20,000 nt of DNA from Chromera velia (Eukaryota), in the NCBI GenBank assembly GCA_018398765.1, contig JAHBMJ010000079.1, positions 116,505 to 136,504 on the forward strand, given 5' to 3'. Made by a program: the position numbers and the translations under genes. The notes beneath the pieces are model-generated. The model was not told the origin of the DNA. It saw only the letters and a list, made by a program, of their open reading frames with translations, and ran no database searches. This document shows, in pieces, positions 9,602 to 19,340 of this stretch (position 1 is its first letter; every line of letters begins with the position of its first letter).

Positions 9602-10876
9602 ATGTCGACCGGGTTTTATGTGAAGCACCACCTCTTTGGGGGAGAGACAGCACAACGGAATGCTTGCAGTCCCAATGCATATGCTCGAGAGTCTCCCGAC
9701 TCATTTCCACCCAAGCACCGTTCAGTGTGCCCCAGGATTTCTCCTCCTGGACGAACAACATCTGACGGGCCATCTTCTGTCTCCTCTTCCTCTTCTTGTT
9801 CTTCTTCCTCCTCCGCCTCTTCATCAGGTTCCAGCTCCTATACCTCCTCCCAGTCCCACTGCAAATGGCCTTGTCCCGCTCTTCACACGTCTGTCTTTCA
9901 AGGGCAGCGCCTCTGCGGTACCACTGGGTCTTCACTATCTGGCCTCCAGTCAACAGAAAGATCTAGCTCGGTCACCGCAGAAACGGGGGACACCTCCCTT
10001 ACTGATTCCTCTGCTCCCACCTCCGTATGGGAAAACCAAAAACGTTTCCTTCTTGCAGATGAGGCCCAGGGATCCTCATCCGCTTCCTCTTCTGGTCTTC
10101 CCGACTGGAATTTGATTTCTCGCCTCCTTTCCATATCAACCGCGTCGCACTCCCACAGCACTGGAACCCATTTCGCCATGCCCTTGCCTCCCCGCCCTCA
10201 CATTCGATACACCCCCCCCCCTGTGCCCACACGACCTGATCCCAACCCCCCTCTCAATGACGTCAGCACGTGCCCTCTCGTTCTGTTCAGAGGAGTCCAA
10301 ACCTCGGACGTTGGGGGGCCGACTGCTCTTCTGAAGATGAGAGTCGCACAGCGACGGTTCGCCTCTCTCTTCAGTCAAGTCGCAGGTCAGCAGCACATTC
10401 AAACAACACTTTTGTTTTCTCGTTGTGCGTGCGTCAAGTCTTCCCAAAGAATCTCAAAATCTAAATTCGTGATTACTGATTGTGAGAAATGGAATATATA
10501 TGTGTGTGTGTGTATATATCATATATATATACAGGTTTCCGACAAGGTTGTTCAGAAATGTATTGCCGCAATTACTTTCGTGGATGTCGCGTCAGATTGA
10601 GGGCCTACCTTCCTTCCTGACGATTGCAAATGTATTTGTGATCGTTGAGTGCAGGACGCACGCATCAATTGGGCCTCCAGACCCACGTGCAGAGCTTTCG
10701 GAGAAACGCATGCCGTCTCTTTTTTGTTGTGGCCGTACTGAACTGCCAGGCCCACGTGGTAGCGACCCGCACCTTCTCGCTCTGTGCAGAGTGGCAAAAC
10801 GGCAAACACGACCTGTGCAGGCAAATAGCTGGTTTTTCCTCCTCCCTTTGCGGCATGAAATCTCCTGCCTACTCCC
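9602..10876 (+). CDS. Probable 5' exons of the large repeat protein (Ser/Pro-rich N-terminus); exact splicing unresolved
   Basis: Open frame from ATG 9602 to ~10385. Intron-like segments at ~10379/10386-10534 (ends atatatatacag) and 10591-10654 (gtcag...tgcag). A further acceptor candidate is cccttcag near 10881. The translated pieces resemble the downstream repeat motifs. Confidence 0.5.
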
Positions 10877-13800
10877 TTCAGGACCCCGACCCTACTCTGC
10901 CGATTCTCTTCACAGACTTCTCAGGTACCTTCCTTGCCGTCTCCCTCAGTCCCCTCCTGGACAGAAGCCATCACGCACACCCCTCACAGCTGGCAGACGC
11001 AGAAAGGGCATTCTCTGCCCTCCAATTGTTTGCATCCTCTGTCTCCATGCCGATGGGGGCCATTGCCAAGACCCCCGTCGAGCAAGGAGAGGTCCTGAAA
11101 ACAATGGAGACGGTCCAAAAAGACAAAGCAGCCGGGGAAGGAGAGGGAGGGGACCTAGAGGAGACAAATGGGGGGGCACCAGGGAAGGGTTTGGGTCTGA
11201 GAACCACATTGTCTTTAGGCTTGAAGGCCGCGAGACTTCGAATGCTCAGACGAGCGAAAGAGCAGCTCTCCGGAATGTTGGAGTCATCTGTGGCTGCCTT
11301 TGTTGAAGACGGGCACGGGGAAGGAGAAGGAGAGAACGAGGCAGACGAATCAGTGTCTGACGGCCCCACTGGAGGGGCCCACCCGTCTGTGATGAATGTG
11401 TGTGTGGTGGATGATGAAGGCAACATCATCTCAGTAGTGCAAGAACGGAGGGGGGAGGAGGGGGCAGCAGGAGAGAAGGGAGCTGCACCCTCTGCATCCT
11501 CCCTGAAGCGACTGCTCTCGAAGGCAGCAGGTGCAGCGCGACTGCGTCATTCCCTGCACATGACTCGTGGAGAGGGGGGGGGAGAAGAGGGGGAGGGGGG
11601 AGCGAAGGGGAGAATCGATCCTTCCGCCCCTCTGTTGATTGTGAATGCAAAGGGGGAACTAATCGAGCTACAGCCGCCCCCAGCAGCGTCACATTTTCGA
11701 GAGGGTGTTGACGGGGGTGATGCAGAAGGGGCGCCCCTGTCAGGTGCTCCGTCACGCATCGGGGGTCTCGTGTCTCGTTTGAAGGGGAGACACTTGAAAG
11801 TGGCAAGGGGACTGGAGGCCTTCAGAGACCTCTCCCGACTCTCCGAGAGTCTGGCGGTATCCAGCGGAAGGGAACAAGACTCTGGTGGCAGAGAGGAGGA
11901 TGGAGAAGGAAAGGAAGGAGAAGCAGAAGAGGGCATTGAGGGGCAAAGAGAAGGGGAAGCGGGAAGAATGGAAGGTGCAGAGACAGCAGAACAGGGGGGT
12001 GGGGGTTTGCGTCTGGGCACCGTGATGACTTTGGGCCTCCGTGCCGCTCGAGTACGGATGATGCGACGAGCCCAAGATCAGTTGGCAGAGACGGTCATGC
12101 GGGGGGTTTTGGAGGCGGCAGAGGGGATGGAAGAAGGGGAAGGAGGGGGTGAGGACCAGGGGGTAGAGGGCTTGAAGCAGCAGCCTGTATTGAATGTTTG
12201 CGTGGTAGATGACGATGGAAACATTGTGAGTGTGGAACAGAAGGAAGAGGAAGGAAGAGAGGGAAGTGAGGAGAGAAGCCTCTCATCGCTTCAAAATCTC
12301 CTCAACAAATCTGCAGGAGCAGCGAGACTTCGAATGTCTTTGAGAAAGGGTAAGGGAGGGGACCAAACAAGCACCCCTGACGAAATTCGTGTCGACCCTT
12401 CTGCCCCTGTCGCACTCGTCAACCTGAAGGGTGAGTTACTCGATATCAAACCTCCCCCCGCAGCAGCCGCTGAACCCCCACCGGGCCCTGACTCTTCTGG
12501 TGGAGGCACTGGTGCTTTTGCCTCTGCGTGGCAGGCCATGCTTCGAAAGAAGGAAGGGGCCACAGTCGTTGGTCTCGCTTGCTTCAACAGACTCCGATCG
12601 CTGCCGAAACGCATCACAGTCACGCAGGAGACGGTAGAACCAGAAAAAGACGAGGGGGGTGAGAATGAAACGGAAGAGGACGTACAAAAGGAAGGTGAGA
12701 AACAGGAAGGGCGGCTGGGTATGAAGGGAATGCTTGCAGTCGGCCTGAAAGCAGCGCGTGCTCGTCTTTTGCGAAAGGCGCGTGCTGCAATGGCAGATGC
12801 CGTCTTGGAAAGTCTCGAGGACGCAGTAGCGGGTGGTGACGAAGGGGACGATGGTCGGCAGGGACAGGGGGCAGGGATGGAGGGGGGTGCAGTGAATGTG
12901 TGCGTGGTGGATGATGAGGGAAATATCATTTCGATGGGAAAAGAGATCGCAGCAACAGCAGGAGAGAAGGGAGCTACAACCTCTGCATCCTCCCTGAAGC
13001 GACTGCTCTCGAAGGCAGCAGGTGCAGCGCGACTGCGTCAATCGCTGCACATGACTCGTGGAGAGGGGGGGGGGGAAGAGGGGGAGGGGGAAGAGAAGGG
13101 GAGAATTGATCCCTCTGCCCCTCTGTTGATTGTGAATGCAAAGGGGGAACTAATAGACCTTCAACCTCCCCCAGCAGCCTCGTCTCCTGATTCCATTTCC
13201 TCCCCCTCCTCTTCCAAATTGCCCCCCCATTTGATCGCTTCCTTCTTGGCAAAAAAGGGCACTGCAGTCGCACGCGGCCTCTCGTCTTTGAGAACGCTGC
13301 AAGGCCTGTCACAGCGACTCGCTGCGACAGAGGGCGCAGATGAGGGTGCCCTCTCCGATGGAGATCCAGAGCCCGTCTCAGCTCCCCCCCCCAAGACCCA
13401 GGTGTGCTCCCTGAGAATCCTCTCACGAATACGCAACCTGAGGAGGCAGCAGCGCCAGACCGCAGAAGAAGAAAAAGGACAAATTAACTACTTTCATAGA
13501 ACTAAAAACTCCGGGAAACAAGCAAAGAAGCGACGCACTCGCAAAACGAGGAGAGCGTCAAAATCCCTCATGCGGAGACCGCATCCGAGAATGGCAAAAG
13601 CCCTAGAGAGGGCTTGCCCCATGAGGGCATTCGAGGCAGAGGTCGCGAGGATTATCTCCCGAATTTCAGGACGCCATCACTTTTTGTCTCCAAACCTTCT
13701 GGTCATTGTGCACCACCCATGGCCTCTCACTGGAAGGCAAAAGGAGAAAGAGAGAAGGAGGAAGTTGGAGGAAGAATCGGGAGGTCTGGAGGTGAGGGCA

Positions 13801-14349
13801 ACCTTCTTCAAGACACAGGGCGAGGATGAGATGTCCAGTTCTGTGTTGGTGCTTCAAAAGACAAAAAAGAACGCACAGCTTCAGACTCTGCCTCTTAGCG
13901 TGAGAGAGTGGGAAAGGACGGCCGAGATTTTAGCTCAGTTGAGGAGATTGCATCAGGAAAGTGGGTCGGGGGGCCTTTTGGTAGATGGTGAACGCGATTT
14001 TCGTTCGTCGGCAGATCGCCTTTATGACCTCTGCATAAGGAGAGTTGACCCAGCTGATTGTCTGTCTAGTTACGGCAACGGAAGCAGCAAAACTCCCCGA
14101 CAGTATGCAGATGTGGTGTCGGCTCTTGGAAGTATTCCTTTGACAATGCCATGCAAAAAGAGGGGGAACAAACAAGGAAGTGGGTTCTCTTCTGTCCCTT
14201 CGAGCCGCTCAGCTCTGAAGTTGTTGTATGCTAAAAAAGCAGCCCGATACAGATCATTTCGAATTTTGTGTGGACAAAAAGGTGAAAGCGGACATACAGG
14301 AATAAGGGACGTCACTTTAGTTCACTTAGGACTTGAGTTGGGGCAATAA
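10645..14349 (+). CDS. Large hypothetical protein (main exon, >1150 codons) with three copies of an unrecognised ~210-225-aa module separated by Gly/Glu linkers, and a basic C-terminal region
   Basis: 1234-codon open frame. Recurring motifs GLKAARLR, NVCVVDDEGNII, SSLKRLLSKAAGAARLR, DPSAPLLIVNAKGELI and VARGLxxxxxL. The ORF's TTG start is probably not real; entry is likely by splicing. Confidence 0.8.
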   Translation: MSAGRTHQLGLQTHVQSFRRNACRLFFVVAVLNCQAHVVATRTFSLCAEWQNGKHDLCRQIAGFSSSLCGMKSPAYSLQDPDPTLPILFTDFSGTFLAVSLSPLLDRSHHAHPSQLADAERAFSALQLFASSVSMPMGAIAKTPVEQGEVLKTMETVQKDKAAGEGEGGDLEETNGGAPGKGLGLRTTLSLGLKAARLRMLRRAKEQLSGMLESSVAAFVEDGHGEGEGENEADESVSDGPTGGAHPSVMNVCVVDDEGNIISVVQERRGEEGAAGEKGAAPSASSLKRLLSKAAGAARLRHSLHMTRGEGGGEEGEGGAKGRIDPSAPLLIVNAKGELIELQPPPAASHFREGVDGGDAEGAPLSGAPSRIGGLVSRLKGRHLKVARGLEAFRDLSRLSESLAVSSGREQDSGGREEDGEGKEGEAEEGIEGQREGEAGRMEGAETAEQGGGGLRLGTVMTLGLRAARVRMMRRAQDQLAETVMRGVLEAAEGMEEGEGGGEDQGVEGLKQQPVLNVCVVDDDGNIVSVEQKEEEGREGSEERSLSSLQNLLNKSAGAARLRMSLRKGKGGDQTSTPDEIRVDPSAPVALVNLKGELLDIKPPPAAAAEPPPGPDSSGGGTGAFASAWQAMLRKKEGATVVGLACFNRLRSLPKRITVTQETVEPEKDEGGENETEEDVQKEGEKQEGRLGMKGMLAVGLKAARARLLRKARAAMADAVLESLEDAVAGGDEGDDGRQGQGAGMEGGAVNVCVVDDEGNIISMGKEIAATAGEKGATTSASSLKRLLSKAAGAARLRQSLHMTRGEGGGEEGEGEEKGRIDPSAPLLIVNAKGELIDLQPPPAASSPDSISSPSSSKLPPHLIASFLAKKGTAVARGLSSLRTLQGLSQRLAATEGADEGALSDGDPEPVSAPPPKTQVCSLRILSRIRNLRRQQRQTAEEEKGQINYFHRTKNSGKQAKKRRTRKTRRASKSLMRRPHPRMAKALERACPMRAFEAEVARIISRISGRHHFLSPNLLVIVHHPWPLTGRQKEKERRRKLEEESGGLEVRATFFKTQGEDEMSSSVLVLQKTKKNAQLQTLPLSVREWERTAEILAQLRRLHQESGSGGLLVDGERDFRSSADRLYDLCIRRVDPADCLSSYGNGSSKTPRQYADVVSALGSIPLTMPCKKRGNKQGSGFSSVPSSRSALKLLYAKKAARYRSFRILCGQKGESGHTGIRDVTLVHLGLELGQ
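11465..13178 (+). repeat. Intragenic direct repeat 11465-11687 / 12956-13178 (223 bp, offset 1491, gap-free)
   Basis: Near-identical DNA, including long exact runs such as cctctgcatcctccctgaagcgactgctctcgaaggcagcaggtgcagcgcgactgcgtca. Confidence 0.95.
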
Positions 14350-14672
14350 AAACTAATGTACACAATTTCATGCAAGTGTCGTCACAAATTGAATGTTCAC
14401 CATCAATGTCAGCATCATACTACGCCATCGTTATGACGACGCTATCGGCTCAGAAACAAGCCTACTCAGCAGGTTTGAACTAATGTATTCACTGGTGTTC
14501 ATGTCTAGGTTCATGTAAAATAGTACAGTTATGTACAAGTAAGTTATGATATAATTGGTTAATAAACAGTATGCTATAGGTAGCTAGGATTTTAGCGGAT
14601 TTTATGGGATTTCATCTAGGACAGAGAGTATAAGAATAGAAGAAAAAGTTGAAGGATAGACGAGGATTCGGC

Positions 14673-15188
14673 TACACAGTACGGTTAGGAGTTACTACCA
14701 GCTCTTTTTAGCCAGTAGCGAGTTACCGTCAGTTTGGTAATTATGAGATGGTAACCGGCGGACTTGAAGGCGTGTACCACTACTATGGTACTTCAAGGAA
14801 AAACTCTGCTAAAAACAGTTGCTAGACCTATTTTAAAGCCTAACCACTTAACTCATTAGCAGTTTAGAGCCCTAAAATGATCATACTCAAATAATATATG
14901 CTATACATAGTGATATACTACTTAAAGTTCAGTCATGAAATGATAAACATTGAATTTTATTAGAATGAACTTTTAATGAATGCCAAAAATATAATTTTTA
15001 GTAGTTTTAGTAGTCTAAAATTGTTTTTGTAGGTTAAGTTTGACTCAGAATATAGCCAAATCTGCCTGTTTGTAGCTACTACCACTACCACTGGAACACT
15101 ACTACCGTAATCATAAAATTGGTAACCGGGTGGCCTAGCGGCCACCTAGTAACCGTCCTACTTTCGTTACTTCTAACCGTACTGTGTA
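14673..15188. mobile_element. MITE, 516 bp, probably hAT-type
   Basis: Perfect 16-bp TIR TACACAGTACGGTTAG (14673-14688; reverse complement 15173-15188). Perfect 8-bp TSD GATTCGGC (14665-14672, 15189-15196). Subterminal GGTAAC/GTTAC motifs at both ends. AT-rich non-coding core. Confidence 0.9.
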
Positions 15189-17214
15189 GATTCGGCTGGA
15201 TGGACGAATTAATGAGGTAAGCGAAACTCCTTTTCAAGAGGTAACCATTTGGCAAAGATGGAACACTCAGGAGAATAATTCTTCTCTCAGGCTTCGTTCA
15301 CTCGCAGGTATTGGTGAGTCTGGGAGTGCAACCTAGCGGGAGTGCAGCAAGCAGGGAGTGCTTATATTTACTGTGCCCTGACCCCGCTTATAGGGCTTAT
15401 GCCTTCTCATGTTTCAGGACGCTGGTGCTTATGTCTGTATGGTGAAGAAGTAGTGAGTGTTTGAATTTTCAGAATAAAAAGGATTTTGGCAAATTTGAGG
15501 GGATTTCAGCTATAAAAATCTAAAGCCTAGAATCTAGCGGACTATTCATTAAATAAATTTACGCAGGATTTAAATTTTTAAAGTCGCTAAAATTTTAATC
15601 TAAATCCATTTATGCTATCCGTGGGGCTTCAATAAGTGTCAGATGATCACGGTTTCACAACAGAAACTATCTTCTAACATAAAAAGACACCTGCTCATAG
15701 TTTTCTGAAGAAAAATGGTTGAGAAATAAAGGAAATCTGGTCATCCAAATATTTTTGCCGTCTTCGTCTGTTTCTCTTTCAAGCTTCACTGCCATTCTCT
15801 GCCATTTGGGCTGGTTCCCATGTCCCCTTGCCATTCTCTTTACTCCCGGAAGGAGCGGGGGAGCGGAAGCATGGCCACCGGTGGGGGAGAGAAAAGACCC
15901 GCCGAACCTAGCTACGTGCATAACCGATACGCGGCCATGCAGGGCCGAACGTATACGTATAACTCAGATTGAGCATAGAATTCCTCGGTGCTGCTTTTAT
16001 CTCCATTAAACAAACCCATCAAGACTCAGTAAGGGAGCAGCATCCATGTCGCAGTCTCCTGAGCATAAGCACTCTTCTCCTTCCCCATCTTGACATGACC
16101 TTTTGATCTGATAAGAGAGCTGGGCCTTCTTCTCCTCCGTCTTCAACATTTCCTACTCTTCCGTCTTCAACCACTGACTGCCATCGCCCAGGACGTCAAA
16201 AAACATCAAAAAGCCAGTTAAAGAGTAAGGCAGATGGCACCAGCGAAGTGGGCTTGTCCACAGCTAAGGGAGCCCCCCCGAGTGGGGCAGCTAACTCTCC
16301 ACCACCATGTGCATCCCCCTGCAGGTCCGCCTCTCAGCTAGATGAGCCCCCCGCCAAGACTGAAGAAAACTACCCCGCCTAGGCTGCCCTTCCCACGGCA
16401 GGAAGGGCATAGGAAGCGATAATAGCTGGGCTCTCTCCACCCAGCCAGCCAGTCACAGTGTGTGCATGGGGCCCAGTGGGGAGGAACAAAGAGAAGGAGT
16501 GGAGGTGGATGGACGCCGTAGCAATGGCTGTAAACGCATGTCGGACAGACCCACCTAGGGTGGAGCAGGGCCGAATCGAAAGGGCACAATGGTGGGAGGA
16601 GGAGAGGAAGGGACACGCTAAAGCGGTCGGAAGGGCAAGAAAGGAAGCGAGGGAGTGAAGGGTGGAGTAACGAAGGCAGCCGCCCCCTAGCTCTAGCTTC
16701 ATTACGGCAGAAGTCCGCACCCTTCCAACCCCCCCGCCCAAGATACCACCAATCCTCCTCCTGCCGATTCAAGGACCTTTTAGACCCTCTGGGCTGCGAC
16801 GAGGGATGGTTGACCCAATCAGACAGGCTACGGAACGCTGAGCGCGAGTCAAGACAGCAACCCGTAGAGAATAGGAAGAGGAGGCAGAAAAGGAAATCCA
16901 AGAGAGGGAGGAGTGGAGAGCCAGATAGAGAAGGGGAGAGAACCCACACCTGAGGCAACCCGCACAGCCCCAGACGCCACAGATCGTCAAAAGGATGGTA
17001 AAGGCAGCCATCCGCACAACCTCTCCTGATGACTAGCGAGCAGACAGGCAGGCAAGGCTATCCATCACCCCAATAGTCTACCAACTCAATGTCAGCCCAG
17101 CCGGAGCCGACCTTACACCCAATATGGGGCTGACAGATGATGAGGCCCTCCAGAAGGGGATCGAGAACTCGCTGTCGGAGACGCCAGGCCCTGCCCTTCC
17201 TGCTTGTTCTAACT

Positions 17215-17300
17215 CACCTTCCTCTCTTTCCTCTGCTTCCTCTTCATCTTCCTCTTCCTCGTCCTCTTCCTCTTCCTCCTCCTCTTCCTCTTCCTCTTCT
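17215..17300. repeat. (TCC/TCT)n poly-Ser-type tract
   Basis: tcctcttcctcgtcctcttcc...; a similar tract lies at 19900-20000. Confidence 0.85.
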
Positions 17301-17344
17301 TATTCCCCTCCTTTCTCTTCTGAGGCACCCTTAGCTCAGATCCA

Positions 17345-17710
17345 AGAACAGACAGATACATAAGCAGGCACAGACAGACAGACAGACACAAAGCTAAGTG
17401 TGGACAGTAGTCAAATTAAGCAAAAAGGCAGACCAGAGCAGCCGCAGTGCAGGCGCAGATGGAGACAGGCAAAAGACGGCAGGACAAGACAGATGCAGGC
17501 AGTTACAGACAGCGACAGAGAGATACAGAAAGCCGGAGGCAGACACAGACAGCTACAGGCAGACACAGACAGTCTGAGATGCAGGCAGCTACAGATAGAC
17601 ATAAACAGACGTAGACAGATACAGACAGATGCAGACAGACACAGACGGACGCAGATTCAGACAGATGTAGATAGACACAGCCAGCGACAGCAAGATACAG
17701 AAAGAAACAG
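17345..17710. repeat. Degenerate CAGA/CAGAYA-rich satellite
   Basis: Repeated acagac/gcagac/atagac units. Confidence 0.75.
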
Positions 17711-18539
17711 CTAGCAACAGAAAGACAGTGGGAGGGGAGTCCAACGGCTAAGCAAACAACTAAACGCCTATGATACGGCTGGGGGGGAGGGGGGCCCAAA
17801 CGCCTGTGACACGGCGGCTGGCCCTTCTTCTTCCCACAAGCAGGAGGGGGGGGTGCGTGTTCCTCTGAGGGATTGTTATGCGGCGGGGGAGGGGGGCCAA
17901 CCCACGGCCGGACCCTCCCCTGGGCAGACGGGGGAGTCTCACCTCAGAGGAGAAGGAGGCGCTCAAGACAGACCCGCCACCAGCCTAGAGGAAGGTCCCC
18001 TCATACCTATTCAAAGACACACCCACACCTAACCCCAACCGCGGCCCCCCGCATCCCCCAACCACACACCAGAACGTTTTCACATAGGCACCGTCACACC
18101 CTTCTCACAACTCACCAGGACCCCCCCAACCCTACCACCACACAGGAGATGGAGATTTGACAAAGTGAGCGTCCTCAGACAAAACTCAGACCCTCTCCCC
18201 CTCCGACTCCTTTCCCCCCCCCCCAAAGAAAGAGACCTATGGAACGACAGAGACTTTAATGAACCTGAAGACTGCAGGACTACCAGATGCTGCCCCTTCG
18301 CCTTCCCCCCTCATACACACCCCCACCGCCGCCTCCCACCACCGAGCACTACCATCCACAATGCCCCCCTACTACAGCTGCCCACCGTGTGAACACTCAG
18401 TCTGGACCCAGGACTCCTCCCTAACCCCACCCCCATGAGGACCTCACCCCGTCTCGCACTCGTATAGACAGCAAACCCCCCCTCTTCCTGCAATATACCC
18501 TCCACCCAGTCCCCGACGCGCTCTTCATTGAACCCTGAT

Positions 18540-19340
18540 ACAGCTCCCTTCCAACCGGCTGCCACACTCCCAAAAAAACCCATTCTACATACATACATAC
18601 ACAAGCACACACATCCATAGACCCCAAAAAGCCTCAGCAACACATCAGAGGCAGCCCCCTTCCAACCACTAGAACCCCCAAAGTCATCCACTCTGCATAC
18701 ACGCACATACACGCACACACACCCACAGAGTCTGACCCCAGAAAGCCTCAGCGACACCCTAGAGGCAGCCCCCTTCCAACCACCAGAACCCCCGAAGCCA
18801 CCCACCCCACATACACACACACACACATGCACACACATCCACAGACCCCAGAAAGCCTCAGCGACACCCTAAAGGCAGCCCCCTTCCAACTACCAGAACC
18901 CTCGAAGCCATCTACCTCGCATACACGTACATATATGCACACACACCCACAGACTCCAGAAAGGCTCAGCAACACCCCAGAGGCAGCCCCCTTCCAACCA
19001 CCAGAACCCCTGAAGCCACCCACCCCACATATTATACACACACATACGCACACATACCCACAGACCCCAGAAAGCCTCAGCGTCACCCCAGAGGCAGCCC
19101 CTTTCCAACCACCAGAACACCCGAAGCCACCCACCCTGCATATACGCACACATATACACACACACACACACATACACACACACATACATACACACCTACA
19201 GACCCCAGAAAGCCTTAGCAATACCCCAGAGGCAGCCCCCTTCCAACCACCAGTACCCCCGCAGACACTCACCCCATATACATAACCCCATACACATACA
19301 TACACGCAAACCCCCAAAAGCCTCAGTGATACACCAGCCG
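18540..19340 (+). repeat. Tandem array of about 7 units: conserved ~75-bp core plus variable (CA/TA)n segment
   Basis: Core GACCCCAGAAAGCCTCAGCGACACCCCAGAGGCAGCCCCCTTCCAACCACCAGAACCCCCGAAGCCACCCACC starts at 18620, 18734, 18844, 18952, 19063, 19201 and ~19309 (periods 114, 110, 108, 111, 138, 108). Confidence 0.92.

Noticed and set aside
10350..10600. Cyclic-nucleotide-binding-domain-like start (LFSQVSDKVVQKCIAAITFVDV)
   Set aside because: No downstream G..GD or FGE motifs in a consistent frame. It is better explained as degenerate repeat motif A.
14570..15618. TATGCTAT direct repeat as the TSD of a larger element
   Set aside because: No convincing TIRs, and the same 8-mer also occurs at 14897, so chance in AT-rich DNA is likely.
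15667..15921. 84-aa minus ORF as a transposase fragment
   Set aside because: No recognisable motif; it cannot be supported without a search.
16380..17714. Stop-codon recoding (TAG/TAA read as Gln) in the long + frame
   Set aside because: Neighbouring genes terminate at TGA/TAA and have no in-frame stops, and all three stop types occur here. Mutational decay is simpler. The stops alone are not evidence of C->T bias, since any stop is one C->T from CAA/CAG/CGA.
18540..19340. CRISPR-like repeat-spacer appearance
   Set aside because: Cores are ~75 bp, the spacers are CA microsatellites rather than unique sequence, there are no cas genes and the context is eukaryotic.
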